Shown here one piece after another: positions 55,933-64,000 of a stretch of 64,000 nt of DNA. The DNA lies in IMG/VR virus record IMGVR_UViG_3300037088_000797, positions 64,001-128,000 of that record, one strand, 5' to 3'. A model generated the notes under the pieces. The model saw nothing but the letters and a program-made list of their open reading frames with translations, had not been told where the DNA came from and made no database searches. Numbering within the stretch: the first letter of the stretch is position 1; each line of letters starts with the position of its first letter. Position numbers and translations under genes: made by a program. The DNA comes from a virus. Lineage: Duplodnaviria; Heunggongvirae; Uroviricota; Caudoviricetes.

Positions 55933-58134
55933 TTAGTTAACGAAAGAGAATACATACCATGAACCCAGAACGATATTGTAAACCAATTCAAGTGCACCGC
56001 CATCAGTATTAATGCTTGCATCGTTTCCAGCACCATCAATGTTGTTACCATTACGTGCAACTGTGATATTATTTGTCAATGCATTACTTGAAGCATCTTT
56101 GATTCTAAATACTAAACCATTGATTGGAGTTGCAGGTAATGTAATTGTAATTGCAAGACTTGAAGTATCAACTAACTGTACATAAGTGTCACCTGTTGTT
56201 AATATGATATCACCTGTTTGTACAGTCATTGCGTAAATGTTATTCTTGTCACCAAGAGCAGCACCACTAACTGTTTTAATTGTGCTATCGGCACTATCCC
56301 AAACAAGAACTGAATTTGAAACACTACCAGCAATTGGTTCTCCAATTTTAATTGTTGAACCACTTAAAAGAATTTCGGTACTACCCGTAATTTTAACAAG
56401 ATTACCAACTGCACATATATCTTGACCTATTAATCCAAGATATGCACAACCTACTGCACAAGTTTGAAGTTCAATTTGAGTACTACTAACACTAAGTGTT
56501 GTCGATGGACTAACCCATAAATTAATTTCAGTAGTAGCAGACATTGAAATGTTTTGTGAGTCTAATTTAAAACATACATCAGTATTAAGTGGATTACTGA
56601 TAGTAAATGAATTATTATCTATTGCAATTGTAGTATTACCAGTTAAAGTACCACCAAGACCTATTGCATTTCCACTGTTTTTATTTAAACCATTAGTTGG
56701 AGAAATATTTGTTGCGCCTGTTACGGTTGCAAGATAACCTTTAGTTATAAGTGACTCACTGGTGAAATTACCACTATAATCTGCAGCATAAACAATACCT
56801 TTTGAACCTGCATCAGTGAAAATATTACATGATGCTGTTATATCCAAGCAACCACCACCTAATACACCAAGACAAATACCCGCTACTGAACTAATCTCTG
56901 TAATTACTGAACAACTACGGAGAACAGTACATGCACTATCAATAATGAAATGTGGACTTGCAAATGTTACATCACCAAGAGTAACTGTACTTGAACCAGC
57001 AGCGATTTGTAATCCACCAACACCACCACATGCAACACAAAATGTATTTGCAGCAGTTTCAATAGTTGTTGCACCTGTTAAACTACCACCAAGAACAACA
57101 TTTTGACCGCATTTTGTTAAACCATTACATGCTGTTGTTATTCCACAACATGTTAAACCTGTTACATAAGCAACATCAGGAATTGAACAAGTGGTTATTG
57201 CACCAAATGTTGAAAATGGTTGTAAATAGTTAAAACCACTATATGTTGCAATATTTGCAGAATCTCCTTGAATTCCACCTGTATTAATTTTCAATGTTGC
57301 CAAACATGCACCAATATTTGTTGCGCCCAATTCAATTGTTGAGCAAGCAACACACATTTTTATACTAATATTTTCAGATATACCATCAATAATATTTAAT
57401 TGATTTGAAGCCACGTCAATAGTTGTTGCACCTGTTAAACTACCACCAAGAACAACATTTTGACCGCATTTTGTTAAACCATTACATGCTGTTGTTATTC
57501 CACAACATGTTACACCAGTTACATATTGTGCAGTTACCAATGAACGTGGAACAAATGTTGCTTCATAATCACCAGCATATGTTAAGCCAGATGGTGTTCC
57601 ATTATTATCAGTAATAACACCACTACCACCATATGATAAACTAAAATTACCACCTGCAACAACTTCTACACCACCAGTAACACAACCACAAATACTCGTA
57701 CAACCTTTACTACCAATACTAATTGTACTTGCTGCCTGAGTTGTATCATTAATTGCAATAAATGGAGCTGCAGATGCACCTTGAATAGTTAAAGTATGTA
57801 AACAAACATCAATTGTTGTATCACCAGTTAAATTACCGCCAAGACTTACAGTGTTACAACCTGATTTATGTAAACCATTATCGGCAGCAGTAATACCAGT
57901 ACTTGCTATACCACTATCCTTAATGGTTAAAGTACCACCAGTAACATCACTACTTGTAGCGTACCAATATTCAACACCATTTATATTTACCGTTAAACCA
58001 ACACTTCTCAAACCAACTGGTATCGCTGTATTTACAGCACTAACACTTGTGTATGGAACAGTATTGTTTAAATACTTTGCATCGAGTGGTTTCGGAATTT
58101 GAACACTTATATTGTCACCTAAATAAATTGCCAT
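55933..58134 (-). CDS. tail fibre-like protein, type B (PxDAKYLN N-domain)
   Basis: N-terminal KPLDAKYLN...GLTVNI.G.EYWY; repeated NGL.K.G..V.LGG.LTG.TTI modules; C-terminal ITLP.TP..G..F.IKD...NA..NNIT...NG..IDG domain. Confidence 0.7.
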   Translation of the reverse strand: MAIYLGDNISVQIPKPLDAKYLNNTVPYTSVSAVNTAIPVGLRSVGLTVNINGVEYWYATSSDVTGGTLTIKDSGIASTGITAADNGLHKSGCNTVSLGGNLTGDTTIDVCLHTLTIQGASAAPFIAINDTTQAASTISIGSKGCTSICGCVTGGVEVVAGGNFSLSYGGSGVITDNNGTPSGLTYAGDYEATFVPRSLVTAQYVTGVTCCGITTACNGLTKCGQNVVLGGSLTGATTIDVASNQLNIIDGISENISIKMCVACSTIELGATNIGACLATLKINTGGIQGDSANIATYSGFNYLQPFSTFGAITTCSIPDVAYVTGLTCCGITTACNGLTKCGQNVVLGGSLTGATTIETAANTFCVACGGVGGLQIAAGSSTVTLGDVTFASPHFIIDSACTVLRSCSVITEISSVAGICLGVLGGGCLDITASCNIFTDAGSKGIVYAADYSGNFTSESLITKGYLATVTGATNISPTNGLNKNSGNAIGLGGTLTGNTTIAIDNNSFTISNPLNTDVCFKLDSQNISMSATTEINLWVSPSTTLSVSSTQIELQTCAVGCAYLGLIGQDICAVGNLVKITGSTEILLSGSTIKIGEPIAGSVSNSVLVWDSADSTIKTVSGAALGDKNNIYAMTVQTGDIILTTGDTYVQLVDTSSLAITITLPATPINGLVFRIKDASSNALTNNITVARNGNNIDGAGNDASINTDGGALELVYNIVLGSWYVFSFVN
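57059..57512. repeat. 97-bp identical direct repeat (57059-57155 and 57416-57512)
   Basis: Both copies encode TCCGITTACNGLTKCGQNVVLGGSLTGATTI; offset 357 nt. Confidence 0.9.
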
Positions 58135-58189
58135 ATTTTCTGTTTTTTATTATTGTTTCGTATAATTTTTATTCTATTTCTTTAAAATT

Positions 58190-59260
58190 TTATGGTAATA
58201 AGTAAGAGCTTAATGCAATTGTACCAACAGTACCAACAGTACCACTCATATACACATTATAACTAATACCTGCCCAACATGCGCTACTTATTGATATATT
58301 ACAAGTATCTGGATATTTATCACTTGGAGCAGATGCCATACAACCTCTACTTAAAGCAGTTTCACACCAATATGCTCTTGCTGCACAAGCAGCAGGAAGT
58401 GCAAACCAAGTCCATTCGCCAGTTGCACCAAAAATAACTGAAGTACATGTGCCAGCATATGCTGCCACTTTTGTTCCACCAGTTATAAGTGCGTTTGTTA
58501 CTGCAGGACGGCTACCACTTGAAAGTTTTCCAAAATAATATGGATATATACCAGTAATTGTATTTTCACATAAAGCACCAATAATACCAGCAGCTAATGG
58601 AGAGCCAAAGTTAGTACCTTTATTAGTTTTTGGTTGAACACCTACATCATAACATGCACGTGAACCCCAAGTATTTGCACCAGCCAGTACCGAATATGCA
58701 GTTACTGTTTCGGTATCTGAATTAGCAGTACATGCTTTTAAACCAACAATTTGTGCACCCGTAAAACAATAACATGTTGCACAATTACTTCTACATGCAG
58801 CAGCACTGCATCCTTGTGGATTTATTGAACCTCTGCTGAAATTAGCCGTTACGCTTAATGAGCCAATAACTGTACCAACTTCAAGGGGTGAAGTACTTGG
58901 TGCTAAACCAAGTGATGTCATACTTGGAGCAGTAAGAACTGGAGATATTTCAGGAAATAACATGTCTTGAATTATACAATTACTGCTTTTTCCAGTTAGA
59001 ACATATCCAACATTTATTCCACCTACACATACTGCAGCAGGAGTCAATAAATTATATATTGTAGTACCTGTAGCACCAGTGATTTTTAAATCAACATACT
59101 TCTTATCAACTATTTGAGTATTACCAGTAAATTCTGGATGTGTCTGATATCTTAAATCTCCAACTGTTGCAATAACAGTATTACCAGATAATATTAATAA
59201 TTCATTATCACTCTGAAATACTTTATTCTTATTTAAGTCTATTTTTGTAGTAAATGCCAT
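58190..59260 (-). CDS. Cys-rich tail-associated protein, type A
   Basis: Y.THP.F...TQIVDKKYVD module, then P....VGG...G..L.G, YPYYFG, WFALP, Y.VY.S; 16 Cys in 356 aa. Confidence 0.65.
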   Translation of the reverse strand: MAFTTKIDLNKNKVFQSDNELLILSGNTVIATVGDLRYQTHPEFTGNTQIVDKKYVDLKITGATGTTIYNLLTPAAVCVGGINVGYVLTGKSSNCIIQDMLFPEISPVLTAPSMTSLGLAPSTSPLEVGTVIGSLSVTANFSRGSINPQGCSAAACRSNCATCYCFTGAQIVGLKACTANSDTETVTAYSVLAGANTWGSRACYDVGVQPKTNKGTNFGSPLAAGIIGALCENTITGIYPYYFGKLSSGSRPAVTNALITGGTKVAAYAGTCTSVIFGATGEWTWFALPAACAARAYWCETALSRGCMASAPSDKYPDTCNISISSACWAGISYNVYMSGTVGTVGTIALSSYLLP

Positions 59261-59350
59261 AATTTTTTGTTTTTATATTTTTATAATAATTTTTCCTTAC
59301 TTATAAATAGTTTTTAAAATCAATAACTTCCTTGAACCTTAAAATTTATT

Positions 59351-62101
59351 TTAATTTATCCATGCAACAGCACTCCAAGAAGTACCTGTATTGTTATTAA
59401 CAAATGACATTGAGCCATAATTAGTATTAATTAAAGCAACTTGACAAACAGCATCTGCAATAGTTCTACCATTACCACATATAGTTATATTATCACTCAA
59501 AGCATTACCATAAATATCGGCAACTGTAATTCTTTGACCCGGTTTTGGAGTTAAAGGTAATACGACACAAACACCAGTGCCACCAGTTACTCCAATAAAA
59601 TCATCATTTATTGTTGCAGTATAATTTACACTTATATTGCGAACACCAACAGTATTTCCGCCAGTGCCACCAGTTGGTGAATAAATAATCCACGTATTAC
59701 CACTAATATTATTTGCAACTGTTGCGCCACTACCAACAAAAGTATATGACATTCCAGTTGGATTGGTATAAATATTGACATTGTTACCAACCTGTGTAAT
59801 AATTGTTGCTCCACTTTGTGTAAATGTATATCCAGTAAAGCCACCTGTACCACCACTTGAATAAATTATAATATCATTTCCAACTTGTGATATTGAAGTG
59901 TTTCCACTACCGACAAAACTTCTAAATTGAAGATTTTTATTAAGAGTACTGTCATATATGCCTGTACCTGTACCAATATTAGTAGCACCAGTAATTGTGC
60001 CACCACCTGTACTACCAGTACCACCACTTGTTAGAATATATCCGGGGTATGGCAAAATCCAGCCACTTGCTGATGTATCTGCTACAAGAACTGCTCTAAC
60101 CACATGTTCAAGAATTGTGGGTTTTGTTGTTTGTAATTTACCAGCAATACTATCACTAAGGAAGTATGTACTGTTCATTGTTATGCCAGTTAAACCACTA
60201 ATATATCCTGCCTGAGTAAGATCAAATACGTTTGGATTTACAACCTTATTTACAATACCAATAACTTCACCATTATATTTACCATTTGCAATAGCTTTAT
60301 TATATGTCCCACCACTCCAACCAACCACATCGCTTACAGCAAATCCGTGTGAGATTTGTGTTATTCTTCTTGTATTAGTACCACTCTCAGTAATTCCTGA
60401 TGATATAATATATCCAGCATATGGCAATACCCAACCACTTGCAGCAGAATCTGCAATAATAACTGCTTTACTAACATAGCCAAGTGTTATTGGTTCAACT
60501 GAACTTAATTGACCTGCAATAGTATCACTTAAAAAATAAGTTGTATTTGCAACAAACATTGAAGGTGTTCCGCCTGTTGGTATTTGTGAAATATAACCTG
60601 TGGTAGTTAAATCAAAACAATCAGCATTATAACATTTAGTTACTATACCAAGAATTTCACCATTATATAAGCCATTGGCGATTGGTTTATTATATGTACC
60701 ACCACTATAACCAATAACATCTTTTACTACAAAACCATGAGAAGTCTGACATATTAATTTACTAACCTTTTCATTTATAAGATTTGCATATCCCTTATCA
60801 ATAAGTGAACGATCACTATAATCAGCACTATAATCAGCACCATACTCAATACCTGCAAGGTTACCAACACCACGTACTATTGTTGTTGTCTGACATAATG
60901 CTCCGCCTAATTTAACATTTAAACCACCAACGCTTAAACCGTTTGTAGCACCTGTAATTGTGCCACCACCAGTTCCACCACTTGCAAGACCAAAAGATAC
61001 TTTACCTGATGTTGAATTATAATAAAGTACGTCAATTTCACTTGTTTTTGCAGGTAAATTACATACAATAATATTACCTCTTGCACCAGTACCAGTACCA
61101 AGTCCACTTTCAATTACCACATCACCGCCAATACAGTTTTGAGCACCAATACCATCAGTAGCATCACCACCACAAATAAATAAATGACCACCACAACCAG
61201 CAAATCCAACTTGTGAATATCCATGACCACCAATAATATAATTTGCTGGAGCATTTGGAGTAAGTGAATCACCACCATAACCAAGTATAGTACCTGATTG
61301 TGGTAAAGTTAATGTACGATTAACTGGACTAAAACTCAAACCACATCTTCCAGTTGTACCAAGATTAACACTTGATGTTGGCGTGATAAGTGTAATTTGA
61401 CCAGTACCTTTTGCGCTTATATCTAAAGCAATACATGTTGCTTGACCAGCTACACAAATATTAGCAACGGTATATCCAGTGCTCATTGTAGGATATCCTA
61501 ATGTTACTACGGTGTTTGCAGGACCGTTAACACCAACTAAATATAAACCATTTAATGCTTTAACAGTAAAATAATTAGGATTATATAATGTTGTTCCACT
61601 GAATATTAATGTACTGTCAATTAATTTATTTCCCGCATTATTAAAAACTGGTATATGAAATGTAGTTCCAGTTGTATTTTGCAAATCAACATATCTTTTA
61701 GTTACAAGAGATTCATTAATAAATGTGCTGCTATAATCAGCACCATACTGAATACCAACTCCTGTAACATCTGTTATTACTGCAGATGGACTTATTGCAC
61801 CACCAAGACAAATATTTTTACCGCTAACACCAAGACCGTTTGTTGCACCAGTAATTGTACCACCGCCACCAGTACCACCACTGAAAGTCTTTAAAATCAA
61901 GTCAGCATCAGTAACACCATTTTTATACCAATATTCGGCATTACCAATATTCACGGTTAAACCAATATATCTCTGAGATTCAGATATTCTGGTATTAGTT
62001 TCGCCAGTATCTGCATATGGTTGATTTAATGCATTCAAATATTTGGCATCAATTGGGTTACCTACACCTATGCTAAAATTATCACTGAAAGGAATTGCCA
62101 T
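59351..62101 (-). CDS. tail fibre-like protein, type B, with a duplicated Q.SHGF module
   Basis: N-terminal NPIDAKYLN; two Q.SHGF...DV.G.SGGTY.K.IANG.Y.GE..GIV modules; C-terminal domain shared with 55933..58134. Confidence 0.7.
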   Translation of the reverse strand: MAIPFSDNFSIGVGNPIDAKYLNALNQPYADTGETNTRISESQRYIGLTVNIGNAEYWYKNGVTDADLILKTFSGGTGGGGTITGATNGLGVSGKNICLGGAISPSAVITDVTGVGIQYGADYSSTFINESLVTKRYVDLQNTTGTTFHIPVFNNAGNKLIDSTLIFSGTTLYNPNYFTVKALNGLYLVGVNGPANTVVTLGYPTMSTGYTVANICVAGQATCIALDISAKGTGQITLITPTSSVNLGTTGRCGLSFSPVNRTLTLPQSGTILGYGGDSLTPNAPANYIIGGHGYSQVGFAGCGGHLFICGGDATDGIGAQNCIGGDVVIESGLGTGTGARGNIIVCNLPAKTSEIDVLYYNSTSGKVSFGLASGGTGGGTITGATNGLSVGGLNVKLGGALCQTTTIVRGVGNLAGIEYGADYSADYSDRSLIDKGYANLINEKVSKLICQTSHGFVVKDVIGYSGGTYNKPIANGLYNGEILGIVTKCYNADCFDLTTTGYISQIPTGGTPSMFVANTTYFLSDTIAGQLSSVEPITLGYVSKAVIIADSAASGWVLPYAGYIISSGITESGTNTRRITQISHGFAVSDVVGWSGGTYNKAIANGKYNGEVIGIVNKVVNPNVFDLTQAGYISGLTGITMNSTYFLSDSIAGKLQTTKPTILEHVVRAVLVADTSASGWILPYPGYILTSGGTGSTGGGTITGATNIGTGTGIYDSTLNKNLQFRSFVGSGNTSISQVGNDIIIYSSGGTGGFTGYTFTQSGATIITQVGNNVNIYTNPTGMSYTFVGSGATVANNISGNTWIIYSPTGGTGGNTVGVRNISVNYTATINDDFIGVTGGTGVCVVLPLTPKPGQRITVADIYGNALSDNITICGNGRTIADAVCQVALINTNYGSMSFVNNNTGTSWSAVAWIN

Positions 62102-62134
62102 TTTTTATGTTTTTATTTTTACTTCTAATTTTTA

Positions 62135-64000
62135 TTATCCTATTAACATTGAGCCACTTGCTGTCGCTTGTTTATTGCTTATATATACCTTATATGGACA
62201 TCCTGACCAACACACTGTTGTGACTGCTACAGGGTCTGGTGAAGGAAATAAATTACATCCAGCACCAATACCACCACCGATTAAACCACAGTTTGATGGG
62301 TTAATATACCATGTTGATTTGTCTGCACCTGCTGCTGTTGGTACAGCAAACCATAAATAATCATTACCAGTACTGTTAAATGCAATACTAACCGAACCTG
62401 CACTACCTGCAAGTACTTTTGTGCCCGTTAATACCATTGCACAACTTGCTGTTGGACGATTTGCACCAGCAGGACCGGGACATGTACACAGTCCCCAATA
62501 ATATGGTAATAATGCAGTTGTAACAAAACTACTTGAACCAAATTGAACAGCATTCGTGTTTTTAGCACTACCACACCATGATTGCTGTTGACCACAAGAA
62601 GTAAACGTTGTTGTATTAATTGCTACTGATTGTGGTGAACTTACTGATATATTTGTTGCAAGATTACTTCCAAGTGTTACGTCTCTAACACACATCGTTG
62701 CTGGTTGAACATTGGCGTTTGTAAATCCCCAAGTAAATGATTTAGTACCGCTTATTACACAACCAACTTCAACTGTTGAAAGCACACCACTATTACTAAA
62801 ACTACTAAAAGCAGGTGCTATATATGGTGCAAGTATTTCTTCAAGTATTCTATCTAAACCACAACCACTCAATGAACTACCAGCAGATAAACCACCAACA
62901 GTTATTGTAGAGGGACTTGAACATTGATATGTGGTAGAACCACTTGCTTTATCATCCACATATTTTTTATCAACTAATTGAGTGTCCTGTGAAAATGTAG
63001 GATGAGAAGCATATCTCATGTCACTACCATTTACTGTTATATCATTACTTTGAAGTGTTAATCCACTTAAGCCTATAACTGATAAAATACCAGCACCTGA
63101 ATTTATTTCTGTTAATGCAGGAGTTGCATATATATAATTATCCGTAAAACCAGTATCACCAATAATTACTGAAATTGGGTCAATTTTTACGGCAAATCCA
63201 TTTTTACCAAGAACTAATGCTTGTGCATTGGTATTAATTGTTACGTCACTTGTTAATACACCGCCTAATTCAGCATTTTTTCCAACTTTATTTAAACCAT
63301 TAGTAGCACCAGTCAATGTAATTCCTAATACAGTGCTTAAACCACCATTATTAATGTCAACATTAAATGTATTTCCTGACCATTGTATTGAATTGCCAGC
63401 AAGTGCAGCACCATCTACTGATATTGTACCACCACCAATATTAATGCCAATACCAGCAATAAATGTTGGACTACTGAATAAACCAAATAACATTGAAGTT
63501 ACGCCCGGATTTATTGGATTATCTGTTACCAATACCCAAATACTATTACTATTCGTATTACCACTAATAACAGGTATTAATGAACCTTGAACGGTTTGAC
63601 CACTTAAATAAAAATCCGCAACACGACCCCAAGAACCAGTATTTGCACTATATATACCATTTTCACTACCAGTTAATTGATCTTTAACCAAAACTCTCAT
63701 GCCATCGGTTGTAGTAACTCCGTCTATAGATTGATTGGTACTTAATGTAATATTACCAATTGTTGCAATTTCTACAGCCAATTTTGGACTAAGACCTAAT
63801 GCAACAGTATCAACATATTTTTTATCTACAATTTCAGTATCATTACTAAAGAAAGGATGTGTAATATATTTTAATTTACCACCACTAAAACTTGTATCAC
63901 CAGTTAATGCGCCACCTAAAAATACTGTTGAACCACTAACATGTAAGCCACTCTGAGCATCTGTTAATGTACCAGCACCACTGCCAACTTTAACCCAACT
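62135..64000 (-). CDS. tail-associated protein, type A, 5'-truncated by the window edge
   Basis: The frame is open from 64000 (SWVKVGSGAGTLTD...HPFFSNDTEIVDKKYVDTVALGLSPKLAVEIAT), so the track's TTG start at 63781 is internal; DGV....G.RVLVKDQ...ENGIY module; C-terminus paralogous to 58190..59260. Confidence 0.7.
   Translation of the reverse strand, partial: SWVKVGSGAGTLTDAQSGLHVSGSTVFLGGALTGDTSFSGGKLKYITHPFFSNDTEIVDKKYVDTVALGLSPKLAVEIATIGNITLSTNQSIDGVTTTDGMRVLVKDQLTGSENGIYSANTGSWGRVADFYLSGQTVQGSLIPVISGNTNSNSIWVLVTDNPINPGVTSMLFGLFSSPTFIAGIGINIGGGTISVDGAALAGNSIQWSGNTFNVDINNGGLSTVLGITLTGATNGLNKVGKNAELGGVLTSDVTINTNAQALVLGKNGFAVKIDPISVIIGDTGFTDNYIYATPALTEINSGAGILSVIGLSGLTLQSNDITVNGSDMRYASHPTFSQDTQLVDKKYVDDKASGSTTYQCSSPSTITVGGLSAGSSLSGCGLDRILEEILAPYIAPAFSSFSNSGVLSTVEVGCVISGTKSFTWGFTNANVQPATMCVRDVTLGSNLATNISVSSPQSVAINTTTFTSCGQQQSWCGSAKNTNAVQFGSSSFVTTALLPYYWGLCTCPGPAGANRPTASCAMVLTGTKVLAGSAGSVSIAFNSTGNDYLWFAVPTAAGADKSTWYINPSNCGLIGGGIGAGCNLFPSPDPVAVTTVCWSGCPYKVYISNKQATASGSMLIG

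Noticed and set aside
57059-57512. Diversity-generating retroelement TR/VR pair
   Set aside because: The repeat cores are identical, both copies lie mid-gene in the same ORF, the flanking mismatches are not confined to adenines, and no reverse transcriptase is present in the window.
865-63956. Numerous short plus-strand and alternate-frame ORFs in the track (e.g. 2728..3081, 14355..14747, 53210..53494)
   Set aside because: They are shadows of longer minus-strand genes, have no recognisable motifs and no upstream signals. Only 42923..43666 is supported on the plus strand.
1-64000. Stop-codon reassignment (code 15 or 4) as in Lak and some crAss-like phages
   Set aside because: Long genes (2021, 1489, 1364 and 1228 aa) are intact under the standard code. 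TGA ends genes in ATGA/GTGA overlaps and TAG ends 42923..43666 cleanly.
1-64000. tRNA or other structured RNA genes accompanying the CCA enzyme
   Set aside because: Intergenic gaps are short and very AT-rich, and no cloverleaf or T-arm (GTTCRA) context was found by eye. tRNAscan-SE would be needed to exclude them formally.

Overview
AT-rich segment of a large contractile-tailed (myovirus-like, probably jumbo) bacteriophage read with the standard genetic code. Every convincing gene but one lies on the minus strand. The host is most likely Bacteroidota: there are three TTG-N19/20-TAnnTTTG promoters, no Shine-Dalgarno sequences were seen, and the tail carries Bacteroidota-type FN3 repeats. In transcription order (right to left) the window holds: a Cys-rich tail-fibre/adhesin paralogue array with an embedded GT9-like glycosyltransferase (44-64 kb); an SNF2 helicase and family B DNA polymerase (37-43 kb); an accessory island (22.7-37 kb); baseplate and tail genes (5.8-18.8 kb); and a RuvC-like resolvase, metallophosphoesterase, DnaG primase and an ECF sigma factor that is missing from the ORF track (0-5.7 kb). 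Seven to eight free-standing endonuclease genes are scattered through it. The best candidate for an undescribed system is the accessory island. It contains late-motif-associated multidomain proteins, chiefly a 2021-aa polyprotein (two kinases, ParB/Srx, zincin-like, CCA-adding enzyme, Acb1-like 2H phosphoesterase and several unknown modules). Its domain junctions carry [ILV]-x-E(E/G) motifs resembling T4 prohead-protease sites, which suggests capsid-packaged, proteolytically released counter-defence cargo. The island also encodes a 2H cyclic phosphodiesterase + HAD phosphatase + CCA enzyme set that could repair tRNA 3' ends without a ligase. All domain calls are from motif recognition by eye; no database search was run.
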